Shown piece by piece: positions 13,604 to 27,201 of a stretch of DNA of 64,000 nucleotides; the stretch's first letter is position 1, and every line of letters begins with the position of its first letter. Origin of the DNA: Octopus vulgaris. Lineage: Eukaryota. The position numbers were made by a program, and so were the translations under genes. The notes under the pieces are model-generated. The model was not told where the DNA came from. It searched no databases and saw nothing but the letters and a program-made list of their open reading frames with translations. The stretch spans positions 114,142,001 to 114,206,000 of the forward strand of contig OX597822.1 in the NCBI GenBank assembly GCA_951406725.2, given 5' to 3'.

Positions 13604-14548
13604 TGTGAGTGTGTGAGCAGTGGTGCGTCTGGTTGTGTGCTTGTGTGTTCGTTTGTGTATAGATGCGGGTACTCGAGTACATCAAAATATATGTGTAATT
13701 AGATCTGGGTATCATCTACATTATTGATATCTCTATCGTCATTGAATATAAATACCTGTTTCACATTTCTTCCTCTTTCTATTTATTTTCTTCTCCTTCA
13801 TCTTCTTCTTCTTCTTCTTCTTCTTCCCCTCCTACTCCTATACTTCAGCCTCCTCCCCCTTCTTCTACATTTTTTCTTCTGAGTTCTCTTTTCCTCTAAA
13901 TTCTCTACAATTTAATTCGCCACAATTACTGCCGAGATAATTATTGACGTCTCCCTCTCCATCCTCATCACCGTCATTATTCTCATCTTCGTTGTTACCT
14001 TTCTCAAACATAAACACCGTCAACTTTATCGTCGACCTCGTCATCATCGTTATCATTGATTACCAAAAAGCACCACGATAGGAATACTCAACCTCCTGGT
14101 CATCCTGATCATAGATAACACATTACCAACAACGCCACCATCCTCAATATCATTTTCATATTCCCCATTTAAATGCTAATCCTTAATCATTATCATAACA
14201 ATCAGCATTAACAACATCACTCTGGTCATCATCACCTCAATATCATCATCATCCCTACCGCCATAGATTTCTACCTCTGCTTCATCCTCATATTAATGAC
14301 TGTCAAGACCAGATATTCTACAACTAAATCTATCAGCACAGGTTTCCGACCTCCTCCTCCTCTCTTCCTTCTTCTCCCTCATTCGACTTATTGTCATCAT
14401 CATCAACATCATTGTCGACAACTTTATCTGCAACAATCTAATCATCATCGTGACTTGATGTTCATCCTTTCCTTCCTGTAACTGTTTACCCAAAATTCTG
14501 TCATAAATGTCTCATAAAATTGCTTCTTAACTCAATTTTATGTTCCAG

Positions 14549-14620
14549 AATCTTACGTTTAAATGCCATTACGGAAATCAAACCAGACACCTTCCGTTAT
14601 TTGACACGTTTAAGAATACT
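14549..14620 (+). CDS. LRR gene 72-nt exon (LRR2)
   Basis: ttttatgttccAG / GTAAGT; translates ILRLNAITEIKPDTFRYLTRLRIL. Confidence 0.88.
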
Positions 14621-15606
14621 GTAAGTTGAATCTGTTTTCTTCTTTAAAATTTCATTGTCTAAATCTTGATCTATCTCTAATGTGAACCCATCTTTCATTT
14701 AAGCTCCCTCACGCATCCTTCCAAACCAGAGTTTATTGTTTACGAATTTGAGTGATTGTGGATCCATTTCTTAAATGTTGGATATGTGACGAATTCACGA
14801 TACAAGATGGAACCCATTTATTGCATGCATGAGTATATGTCTCAGTAGTTTTACAATTATACTCCATCCGAACTGTTTGTTGTTTGTGAATCACTGATAA
14901 TGTTGTGGAGGGCCATTCTTGAGATTTCGGATATATCGGTGTGTGACAATTGAAGGGAGATTTTAGTGCAAGTTGTATCTGTGCAATTCTGTTATATCTT
15001 TTGTAATGGACTGGAATATCTATGTTTCGAAATTCATCAAAATTGCAGATGAGGGTTATTTCCCTTTTTACACACCCCACAAAAATTGTAATCGTGCCAT
15101 ATGTATCCCATACTACTGATTTTTAAGCGCATATTCCAAAATTCCAGTCTTATTGAACCTGTTAAAAAGATTTTGCTCCTGAAAAATGAAGGTCATGGAG
15201 CTCTAAAATGTGTGAGTTTAGGCCTCCGTTGGGGGTGAGCATCTTAATGTTAACCACAGAAGTTGAAATGTTGAGAATCTTTTTAACTTAGATCTTATAT
15301 CTATTGTTTGAATTTCTTTGAAATAGGAAATATATATTCACTGTGTTTGTAAAAGAGAGCAAATCTACAGGAAACCAAAAGAAGAATGATCACAATAAGC
15401 GGTCAGTTACCTAACCCTATTGTTAGCATTCGCAATGCAGGCTTCCTCACCAGGCACAGCCGTAAGATGCATTACGAATCTATAGCAATTGGAAGGGCGT
15501 GACCCAACTGAAATAAACATTAACAACTGTGTGAGGTGAGGGCTAAGGAGAAATGAAAGTGTGAACTCTGGAGTTTGCAAATGACCTCTATACTGATACG
15601 TAACCG

Positions 15607-15645
<39 letters not shown>

Positions 15646-15652
15646 GTATACT

Positions 15653-15830
15653 CTTACTATTTTACTTGTTTCAGTCATTTGACTGCGGCCATGCTGGAGC
15701 ACAACATTTAGTCGAGCAAAAATCGACCCCGAGACTTTTTCTTTGTAAGCCCAGTACTTATTCTATCGGTCTCTTTTGCCGAACCGCTAAGTTGTCGAGC
15801 AATGCTAGGGGGACAAACACAGACACACAA

Positions 15831-15868
<38 letters not shown>

Positions 15869-16040
15869 CTACATATATACGACAGGCTTCTTTCAGTTTC
15901 CGTCTACCAAATCCACTCACAAGGCATTGGTCGGCCCGGGGCCATAGCAGAAGAGAGTTGCCCAAGATGACACGCAGTGGGACTGAACCCGGAACCATGT
16001 GATTGGTTAGCAAGCTACTTACCACACAGCCACTCCTGCG
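15653..16040 (-). mobile_element. tRNA-derived SINE (octopus-type)
   Basis: Minus-strand head GGAGTGGCTGTGTGGTAAG...GGTTCAGTCCC (A/B-box-like), internal (TA)/(CA) tract, 3' tail CCAGCATGGCCGCAGTCAAATGACTGAAACAAG. Confidence 0.8.
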
Positions 16041-16721
16041 CTACATCAACATAATGGTGTTGGCTGTGTGTAGTTGTGTGCGTATGTGTATGCAAGTTTA
16101 TAAATATTTACTAGTAAATCGCTCTGTATATCAAGTAGGGTATTTATGTGAATATGAAGAGGACAAAGAAGAAATTGAAGAAGAGGAAGTAGTAGTAGCA
16201 GTAGTTGCAGTAGTTGCAGTAGTAGTTTATTACCAAAAGCACCATGACAGAGATAGACGATCTTGAACACCGTACAGACACATTGCCACAACGTCAGCAT
16301 CATCAATATCATATTCATACTCACTATTGAAATGCTAATCCTCAATCTCATTAACAACATCAATCAACATTAACATCAATCTCATCATCATCATCATCAT
16401 CCCCATCATTATCCCTTCGTTATGGATAATAACAACATATATTTTCACCCTTTACTTATATCATATTTATCACTATCAATATCACAACTACTACCATCTC
16501 TATCACCACAGTTTTTCTTTCATCCTTTCCCACTCATCATACTCCCATCTCCTCTCTCGTTCGTCGTCATCATCATCAACATCATTGTCTCTAAAGACAT
16601 CGTCATCAAACTTTTCATCAATTTGATATACTGTACATCTATTCCTTCATCTAATTGTTTATCCAAATCTCTCTAATTAATATACTAAAAAAATACTTTT
16701 TAACTCAATTTTCTGTTTCAG

Positions 16722-16793
16722 ACACTTGGGTGCTAATGAAATCCAAGAAATCAGTGCTGACAGTTTCCGAAATTTGTCCAGTTTACAATATCT
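16722..16793 (+). CDS. LRR gene 72-nt exon (LRR3)
   Basis: ttttctgtttcAG / GTAAGT; translates HLGANEIQEISADSFRNLSSLQYL. Confidence 0.9.
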
Positions 16794-17239
16794 GTAAGTT
16801 GAATCAGTTTTCTCCTCTAGTATTTCATTGACGATATCTTTCTCAATGTGTATTATGTGCCCATCGTTCAATTAAGATCCCTAACACAACATTGCAAGCA
16901 GCTAATTTAGTTTTTGTGAATTTGAGAGTGTGAGTATGGGTCCATTTCTTAAATTTTGGATATGTGAGGTCACGATACAAGCCGGAACCCATTTATTGCA
17001 TGCATGTGTATAGGTCTGAGTTTGTTAACTATTTTTCTCTATCTGAAGTGTTTTCTTGTTTGCGAAACACTGCGAATGTTGTAGAGGCCCATTCTTGAGA
17101 TTTCAGTTTGTGACAATTGAAGGGAAACATGTAGTGCAAGTGTTATGTCAGTGTATATGTGTATATATATATATATATAAATAAATATTTGTCTATGTGC
17201 TTGTGTGTGTATGTGTATGTATATATATATGTATATATT

Positions 17240-17305
<66 letters not shown>

Positions 17306-17621
17306 TATATTAATATATATATATATATATATATATGTATATCTACATAATGGTGTTGGCTATTTGCGGTTGTGTGTCTACGTGTCTGTTTAGCTATGGA
17401 TATGTGAATGTAAGTGTATGAAAATTTACTAGTAATTCGGTCTCTATATCAAGGACGGTATTTATATTTCCATCATCATCATCTCTTCGTTATGGATTGT
17501 AACACCATATATTTTCACCTCAGCCTCATATAATATTCATCACTATTAATATCACAACTACCACCATCTCTATCACCATAGTTTTCTTTCCCACCTTCCC
17601 ACTCATCGTCCTCCTATCGTC

Positions 17622-17677
17622 CTGGGTTCTGATGACATCAAGGAAATTAATGCTGACACCTTCCGAAATTTGTCCAG
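17622..17677 (+). pseudogene. LRR pseudo-exon, duplicate of 13253-13308
   Basis: Sequence identical to 13253-13308, at the equivalent position of the second duplication unit. Confidence 0.75.
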
Positions 17678-18914
17678 GTTGAATCAGTTTTCTTCTTCAG
17701 TATTTCATGGACGATATATTTCTAATTCTGTATTATGTGCACATCCTTCATTTAGGCTCCCTTACCTGTCCTTCCAAAGAAGATATTTATTGATCGTGAA
17801 TTTGAGAGTGTGAGTGTGGGTTCATTTCTGAAATGTGGGATATATACAAGGCGGAACGCATTTACTGCATGTATATGTATATATCTGTGTATCTTCTCAA
17901 ACTTACTCTGACCACACTACGGATTTTATACGTATATTTGTGTGTGTGTGTGTGTGTGTATGTGTGTGTGAGTGTGTGAGCAGCTGTGCGTCTTGTTGTG
18001 TGCTTGTGTGTTCGTTTGTGTATAGATGCGGGTACTCGAGTACATCAAAATATATGTGTAATTAGATCTGGGTATCATCTACATTATTGATATCTCTATC
18101 GTCATTGAATATAAATACCTGTTTCACATTTATTCCTCTTTCTTTTTATTTTCTTCTCCTTCATCTTCTTTTTCTTCTTCTTCCCCTCCTACTCCTATAC
18201 TTTAGCCTCCTCCCTCTTCTTCTACATTTCTTCTTCTGAGTTCTCTTTTCCTCTAAATTCTCTACAATTTAATTCGCCACAATTACTGCCGAGATAATTA
18301 TTGACGTCTCCCTCTCCATCCTCATCACCGTCATTATTCTCATCTTCGTTGTTACCTTTCTCAAACATAAACACCGTCAACTTTATCGTCGACCTCGTCA
18401 TCATCGTTATCATTGATTACCAAAAAGCACCACGATAGGAATACTCAACCTCCTGGTCATCCTGATCATAGATAACAGACACATTACCAACAACGCCACC
18501 ATCCTCAATATCATTTTCATATTCCCCATTTAAATGCTAATCCCCAATCATTATCATAACAATCAGCATTAACAACATCACTCTGGTCATCATCACCTCA
18601 ATATCTTCATCATCCCTACCGCCATAGATTTTTATATTCTGGTTCATCCTCATATTAATGACTGTCAAGACCAGATATTCTACAACTAAATCTATCAGCA
18701 CAGGTTTCCGACCTCCTCATCCTTCTCGTTTTCCTTCTTCTCTCTCCTTCGACTTATTGTCATCATCATCAACATCATTGTCGACAACTTTATCTGCAAC
18801 AGTCTAATCATCATCGTGACTTGATGTTCATCCTTTCCTTCATGTAACCGTTTACCCAAAATTCTGTCATAAATGTCTCATAAAATTGCTTCTTAACTCA
18901 ATTTTATGTTCCAG

Positions 18915-18986
18915 GTACTTGATTGATAATGATATCCAAGTTGTAAAACCTGACACCTTCCGACATTTGTCCAGTTTAATAATGCT
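18915..18986 (+). CDS. LRR gene 72-nt exon (LRR4)
   Basis: ttttatgttccAG / GTAAGT; translates YLIDNDIQVVKPDTFRHLSSLIML. Confidence 0.9.
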
Positions 18987-20130
18987 GTAAGTTGAATCTG
19001 TTTTCTTCCTTAAAATTTCATTGTCTAAATCTTGATCTATCTCTAATGTGAACCCATCTTTCATTTAAGCTCCCTCACGCATCCTTCCAAACCAGAGTTT
19101 ATTGTTTACGAATTTGAGTGAGTGTGGATCCATTTCTTAAATATTGGATATGCGACGAATTCACGATACAAGATGGAAACCATTTATTGCATGCATGAGC
19201 ATATGTCTCAGTAGTTTTACAATTATACTCCATCCGAACTGTTTGTTGTTTGTGAATCACTGATAATGTTGTGGAGGGCCATTCTTGAGATTTCGGATAT
19301 ATCAGTGTGTGACAATTGAAGGGAGATTTTAGTGCAAGTTGTATCTGTGCATCTCTGTTATATCTTCTGTAATGGACTGGAATATCTATGTTTCGAAATT
19401 CATCAAAATTGCAGATGAGGGTTATTTCCCTCTTTACACACACCCCACAAAAATTTTAATCGTGCCACATGTATCCCATACTACTGCTTTGTATGCGCAT
19501 ATTCCAAAATTCCAGTCTTATTGAACCTGATAAAAAGATTTTGCTCCTGAAAAATGAAGGTCATGGAGCTCTAAAATGTGTGAGTTGTGGGTGGGCATCT
19601 TACTGTCAACTAGAGAAGTTGAATTGTTGAGGATCTTTTTAACTTGGGTCTTATATCTATTGTTTGAATTTCTTTGAAATAGGAAATATATATTCACTGT
19701 GTTTGCAAAAGAGAGCAAATCTACAGGAAACCAAAAGAAGAATGATCACAATAAGCGATCAGTTACCCAACCCTCTCGTTAGCATTCCCAATGTAGGCTT
19801 CGTCACCATCCAGATGACAGGCACAGCCGTAAGATGCATTACGAATCTATAGCAATTGGAAGGGCGTGACCCAACTGAAATAAACATTAACAACTGTGTG
19901 AGGTGAGGGCTAAGGAGAAATGAAAGTGTCACCTCTGGAGTTTTCAAATGACCACTATACTGATACGTAACTGGACAGAGTAAATTTACAATCTATAAAT
20001 GTGTTTTAATAAGCAGTCACACGTCTGAGAAGGCCTTGAAATCAATGTTACCATCTGGGGACTATGTGTGACCCAGTGATAATAAAAGGACTGAAAGGAG
20101 GTCTGCAATCAAATAACTTTACTCGACACT

Positions 20131-22047
20131 TTGCAACTGAATCAGTGGATGCAAAGATGCCTCTTGGCCGTAAAGACTAATATAGGTAAGGAATTTTTGA
20201 GATTAGTCTCTAAGCATTTTAAGCCGGGCCATACATTCTATAGGATATTTAATAGAAGAACCCTGAAGGTTAGCTATTCTTGTTGCAGAAATTTCGCCTC
20301 TTACATTAGCCAGCAAAATAGGAATCTGATTGAGATTAAACATGGTACCGAGCCCATTAAGAAATGCAATTGCAAAAATGAAAACTCCTGTCCGTTAGAA
20401 GGGCAATATTTAGTAAAAGCAGTAGTTTATAGAGCCAAGGTACAAATAGAAGGTTCATCGGAATACAAGACATATACGGAGGCTTCGGAAAATTCGTTTA
20501 AAACACGATTTTATTCGCATAAAAATTCATTTAGATACCCAGAGAATAGGAAGAGGACCAGCCTAGCAAAATATGTCTGGGAACTAAAAGAAAAGGAAAC
20601 CCCACCTTTCAACGTGACATGGAGCATTCTGGACAGAGCGGCACCATACAGGCATGTAGCACACAGGAATAATTTTAAATGCAATCTTTGCCTATTAGAG
20701 AAACTGTATATTTTATTCAAAGACAATAATTCTTTGAATCAAAGAAGTGAGCTGATGAACTTATGTAGACACGCAACCAAATTTAAAATGTCAAGTATAA
20801 ATATACCATATGGATAGAGTATATATTTTGTATTTTTGATTTTTGAAATTTTGATTTTGACTCTTGGACTAGTATGTAAACGCGACGATGGATTTGTTTC
20901 GCGCTATACAGATTTCATTCCGTATAGCAAAGTCTCATGCATATATTTTGTTTATTTTGTTTATATTTCTACATATACATTAGGAAAAACCTTCGGCTTT
21001 GTTTATTTCATGTTATTGTATTGTATAGGATTACTTTGATTTTTAATTTATAGATGATCCAAAATAGGGTGTTATATTTTATATGTCTTTCGTATATTTT
21101 TCATTATTGCACTCACCATTTTTTTAAAAAAGCAATGTTGTCAAAAATTAGAATTTTGATGTAAATATGTGTATAGCCATGTCTATGTATTTGTAAGCAT
21201 GCGTCTCTGTGTATGTGTAAGTGAGCGTATGTTTGTGCTTAAGCACACACATACACGACTGTATGTGTATGTATCCATTTGAACTTGTGTGCTTGTATAC
21301 TTGTTTCTCTATATATGTCAATAACGTGGTTACACCACTTGTATACATAATTTTTCTTATTTCGTTTTTTCCCCACCCCTCCTTTTTCTTTTTTCCTTCC
21401 CCCTTATTCGTTCCTTTTTCTCTCTCTTCCTTTCTTTCATTTTTTTCTCTAATTGATACTGGTGCATACAACTTTACGTTCCCCTCACTTACTTATGTCT
21501 TAAATAAGGAACGCTACATTAGCATCCATGATTTTAACTTGCGTGCGAAATAGATTGCGTGCGTATACATATGTATGCATGCATTTGTGTGTATATTTTA
21601 GATTTATAGTTATACGTCTGTATATGTATGGCGTTTGCACGCATACTTCTGTGTATGTTGATATATATATGTACACTTTAATATGAATATGTATTGCAGT
21701 GTAATATTTATAATACATTTTAATTTCCATGTATTAATTATATTTTCTTCATTAACGTCAATATGTATTTTATTCAATGTAAGGTTTTTCCTCGAATTTT
21801 ATAATTTTTATAATTTTTATATATATATACATATATATTTTTGAGCTCATTTTTTGTTTATCGCTCGAAGATTGACCGTTATTTCTAAAGGGCCAATCAA
21901 ACAAGTCCATTTTTTAAAGGTGTAGCGTTTGTAAGAGTCTGGATTGAATTGATATATCGGTTCCATTCTAACAAAAACTGTCTGATGAACGGCAACGAGA
22001 AACTCAGAGTAACAGATTTTGTTGAATTTTCTGCTGCTTTAAATAAA
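20131..22047 (+). mobile_element. 5'-truncated Penelope-like element (GIY-YIG endonuclease end + 3' region)
   Basis: ORF 20131-20817 with KVSYSC, CNC..CPL, YTEASENSFKTRFYSH, CNLCLLEK, LNQRSELMNLCRH; hammerhead motif near the 3' end; ends at (TA)n. Confidence 0.8.
21974..22020 (+). ncRNA. Minimal type I hammerhead ribozyme motif at the Penelope 3' end
   Basis: aaaactgt-CTGATGA-acggcaacga-GAAA-ctcagag-TA-acagatttt; near-palindromic stem III; GUA triplet. Confidence 0.65.
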
Positions 22048-22067
22048 GTATATATATATATATGTAT

Positions 22068-22159
<92 letters not shown>

Positions 22160-22630
22160 ATGTATATATATATATATATATATACATCTATGTATATATA
22201 TATATATATATATACATCTATGTATATATATATATATATATATATCATCTATGTATATATATACATCTATATGTATATATATATATACATCTATGTATAT
22301 ATATACATCTATATGTATATATATATATATATATATCTATGTATATATATACATCTATATGTATATATATATATATATACATCTATGTATATATATATAC
22401 ATCTATATGTATATATATATATATATATACATCTATGTATATATATATACATCTATATGTATATATATATATATATATACATCTATGTATATATATACAT
22501 CTATGTATATATATACATCTATATGTATATATATATACATCTATATGTATATATATATATATATGTATCCATATACACACATATGTATCCATATACATAC
22601 ATATGTATATACATACATATACATACATGT
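22048..22630. repeat. Compound (TA)n microsatellite with periodic CATCTATG interruptions
   Basis: Direct reading of the sequence. Confidence 0.9.
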
Positions 22631-25600
22631 AAATTTAAATTTACATGTATGTATATATATACATACATGTAAATTTAAATTTAAAATACAAATGGGGACA
22701 AAATTGAATATTAATTTGTTTAATATGAATTGAAAACCAGTGGCGTAGCATATAAGACCCTAGTGGATCTTCTCCTTGCAAAATGGATGTCTACTCTTAA
22801 TGGTTCATCCCTCTTATATAATAGTTTGATTTAATAGTTTCAGTATTAAAGTGAAAGCATGTGACATTACAATAGAGAGATGTTTTTGTTTCACTTTTAA
22901 CACGTAATACTGAAATATTGGGGAAGATATGATATTGCAGTGGCCTCGCCCTGGGCAAGAAGTAAAAATTGTTTTACCCATGACACTACATGGACCCTAA
23001 GTAAGGTATGTGTAAAATTCGAATGAAATTGGTTTTGTAGTTCTCAAGCTTTAGGGATTCACACAGACAGATAAACATACATTCTCAGTTTTATATATAT
23101 AGATATCTGTGTAAATGTATATATATATATATGTGTGTGTGTATGTGTGTGTGAGTCTGTGTATAAATGTATATATATATATATATGAATATAACAAAGA
23201 GGGTCTTTGCAACAAGTTGCTAGACCACATACCGAAAGTATTAGAAATGGCAGCCAGAGGACTGTTATTTCTATTACTACAAAAATATGTCTCCACAGAC
23301 AACAGTATTTGTAACTCATTATGTGGCAAAAAAGAAGAAAAATAGCGAAATCAAACAGTCCACGGTCAATTGTGGACGTACGTTTCTGGATTAGAATCAA
23401 AGATTCATTTCCTTTATTAACATAATATTCCGCTAAGTAAATCTGGAAATGCTAGGAAATCTTACCCTCCATATCTATGGATATGTGTATGCAAGTGTAT
23501 GGAAATGTACTTGTAAATCGGTCTGTATATCATGTACGGTGTTACCAATGATTAGCCTTTCCCTACGAATTTGAAGTTTTCTTTCCCATGTCCCTCTTCT
23601 CATGATCCTCTTCTTTTCTTATTCCTTCCTCTTTGTTTTCTTCTTCTCCTCCTACTCATTTTCCTTATTTTTCCTCCTTCTGTTTTACTTCTAATTATAC
23701 AAACTGTACTCCTTCTTCGTCTCCTCCTCCTTCTTCTTCGTCATCATCTCCTCCTCCCCTCCTTCTTCTTCTCCTTCTACTAATATTTCTTCGTCGACTT
23801 GCAGCCCTCATTCCACTCTTTCTTCTCGTTCTTTCATTACTTCATCTTTTATCACTCTTTCCTTTCAGCTTCTATTCCTTCTTCTTCTTCTTCTTCTTCT
23901 TCTTCTTCTTCTTCTTCTTCTTCTTCTTCTTCTTCTTCTTCTTCTTCTTCTTCTTCTTCTTCTTCTTCTTCTTCTTCTTCTTCTTCTTCTTCTTCTTCTT
24001 CTCCTCGTGTATGTAAAAATTCTCGTTCATGAATCCTTCATAACATTTTCTCTTTCTCTTTCTCTTCCGCTGAATTCTCTGTTCCTTATCTCTAAGTTGA
24101 ATCTATTTCCTTCTTTAGTCATTTCATTGACGATATTTCTCTCAATCTGTAATATGTGCCCATCGCTCCTTTAAGCTCCCTCAACCGTCCTTCGAAAGAA
24201 GTCTTTTATCGTTTGTGTAATTGAGTATGTGATTGTGGGAGCATTTCTTATATATTGGATATGTGAGTTCACGATCCAAGATGGAACACATTTATTGCAT
24301 GCATGTGTATATGTCTGAGTACGTTTACAATCTTTCTCTGAACGAAACTGTACTATTGTTTGTGAAATCACTGCTAATGTTCTGGAGGGCCATTCCTGCG
24401 ATTTCGGATATGACAGTTTGAGACAATTGTAGGGAAACTTATAGTGCTATGTCTGTGTATCTATCTATCTATCTCTCTCTATATATATATGTGTGCGTAT
24501 ATGTGTGTGTTTACGTGTGCATGCGTGTATGTGTGTGTGTTTGTGTGTGTGTATGTGTGTGTGGGTTTGTATATATAGATATGTGTGTGTGTTTGTGTGT
24601 GAGGTTGTGTATATATGCCTGTTTTTCTATGGATGTGTGTATGCAGTGTATAAAAATGTACTGGTAATTCGATCTCTATACCATGAACCGTATTTATTTT
24701 TCCATCACCAATGATTAACATCTTAGATTTCCTGTCTTTCTACTTCCTCGTTATCATCCCCCTGCTCCACTTCATCCTCCTCTTCGTTTCCTCTTTTTTC
24801 TTCTTTTTCTCCTACACCATCCCCTTCTTTTTCCTTTCTTCCTTTTTTTCCTTTTACTTATACATCTTCTTCTTGTCTTCTTCTTTTCCTAATTCTTGGT
24901 CGTCTCCTTTAACCCTTCTTCCCCCTTTTCCTTTTCTTTCTTTACTTCATCTGTTTTACTCTCTTTTTCATCTTTTCCTATTCCGCTTTCATCTCCAGCA
25001 TCATCCACTTCTATTCTTCTTGTTCTTCTTCTCCTGCTTCTTCTTTCTTCTTCTTCATCGTATTCTCCTCCTCTTCCTCCATATTCTTCTTCTTTCTCTA
25101 CTTCATCTGTTTTACTCTCATTACCATCGTCTTCATCATCATCCTCTTTTCTTCTTGTTCTGCTTTTCCTGCTCCCTTCTATCTTCTTCTTCATCATCAC
25201 CTTTTCCTCACCTTCCTCTTCACACCCTCGTCTCCTTCTTCTCCTTCTTTCTTTATTTCTCGTGTGTGTAAAAATATCCTCTTTCTCCATCATCAGCTGA
25301 AGTCTCTTATTCCTTTAAATCTATTCAATTCACCTCCATTGCCACCGTGATAACTATGGACGTCTTCCTCTCTGTCCTCATCAGACACATTATTCTCATC
25401 TTCATTGTTACATTTCTCACTCATAAACATCTTCAAGTTCATCGTCACCATCTTCATCATCGAGATCATTTATTACCAAATAGCACCACGATAGAGATAT
25501 AATATCTTGAAATCCATTTTGATCCTGGACGGCAAATACATTACCATCAACGTCATCATCCTCAATATCATATTCATATTCACCATTGAAATGATAATCC

Positions 25601-26703
25601 TCAATCATTATAGTAACAATCAGCATTAACAACATCACTCTCGTCATCATCATCATAATCTCTTCGTTATGGATAGTACCACAATTTATTTTCACTTTTG
25701 CCTTATTAACATATTCATCACTATCAATATCACAACTACTACCATCTCACTATTTACATTATTTACATTTCCTCTATCCTCCACTTCCTCCTCCTCCTCC
25801 TCCACCTCCTCCTCCTCCTCCTCCTCCTTCTTCTTCTTCTTCTTCTTCTTCTTCTTCTTCTTCTTCTTCTTTCATGGTTTCTTCATATCATTTTCTATTT
25901 CTCTATCACCCGCTGAATTCTTTATTCCTCTAAAACCTCTTATATTTAAATCTTCTTTAATATTTCATTACCTTATCTTTCTAAATTTGTAATATGTGCC
26001 TATCCTTCATTTTAACCTCCCTTGTCTATACATCCAAAGTTCAGTTTTATTTTTTGTAAATGTGACAGTGTGAGTGTGGGTCCATTTCTAAAAATATGGG
26101 ATATGTTAATGCACGATACAAGACGAAACCCAGTGAGTGCATGCGCGTGTATTTCTGTGTATGTTTACAATCTTTCTCTATCCGACCTGTGTTATTGTTT
26201 GGGAATCACTGCGAATGTTGCGGGGAGAAATTCGTGAGATTTCTGATATAACAGTTTGAGACAATTGAAGAGAAAATGTGGTGCAAATAATTATGTCCGT
26301 GTGTGTGTGTGTGTGCGATGGTGTCTCTGTGTGCGTGTTTGTATCAGTTGGTGCATGGATGCGTGTATGCGAGTGTAGCAAAATGTATCTGTAATTCGGT
26401 TTCTATATCATGTACGGTATTTATTCCTCCGTCAACACTGATTAACGTCTTTGACTTCTTTTTTCTTCTTATTCGTCATATTCTTCCTCTTGTTCCTTAT
26501 TTCATTTCCTACCCTTTGTCCTTCTGCGTATGTTAATTTATGTCTAACCACTTCCTTTCCTTAATTCTTCTTTTTCTCCTGCTTTGGATGTGTATTTATG
26601 TCTGTTTATGTGTGTTTATCTCTCCCCACTTCTTCTTTCTCATTGTACTTTTTCTCCTGCTTCTTTTCTTTCTTATTCTACTCATTGCCGTTGTTGTTGT
26701 TGC

Positions 26704-26746
<43 letters not shown>

Positions 26747-27129
26747 CTTCTTCTTCTTCTTCTTCTTCTTCTTCTTCTTCTTCTTCTTCTTCTTCTTCTT
26801 CTTCTTCTGCTACTCCTTCGTCTCGTCTAGTTCTTATTTTTCTACTCCTCCTCCTTCAACTCTTCATTCTCTCCTTTTTGTTCTTCCTCTACTACATCTC
26901 TACTTTCCTCCTTTTTCCTCTTCTATTTCTTCTTTTTTTGTTATTTTCCGTCCTCTTCTGTTCTCTTCCTTCCTCTCCTCCTCTTCATATTCTTTCTTCT
27001 CGTCGTCCATCTCATCATCATCTCCATTTACAATTTTTTATCAATATATAATTTCTTTCGTCATAATATTTAACGTTTTGTCACTTATCTTTTCTATATG
27101 TTTGTTATGAACTCCGTTTTATGTTACAG

Positions 27130-27201
27130 GTTTTTGAATGACAATAATATAACGTATATTCAACGCGGTACCATCGAAAACCTTCCGAATTTAGAAAGAC
27201 T
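27130..27201 (+). CDS. LRR gene 72-nt exon (LRR5)
   Basis: ttttatgttacAG / GTGAGT; translates FLNDNNITYIQRGTIENLPNLERL. Confidence 0.9.

Noticed and set aside
13466-19947. Pairs of similar short ORFs (13466/17835, 13865/18222, 14733/19099)
   Set aside because: Similarity is explained by the DNA-level tandem duplication; no domain or splice support
22048-22630. Repeat-spacer periodicity reminiscent of a CRISPR array
   Set aside because: The spacers are only variable-length TA; eukaryotic microsatellite slippage
22740-23104. Possible non-autonomous Helitron-like element (minus-strand TCTATATATATAAAA start)
   Set aside because: Could not identify a convincing hairpin and CTAG end
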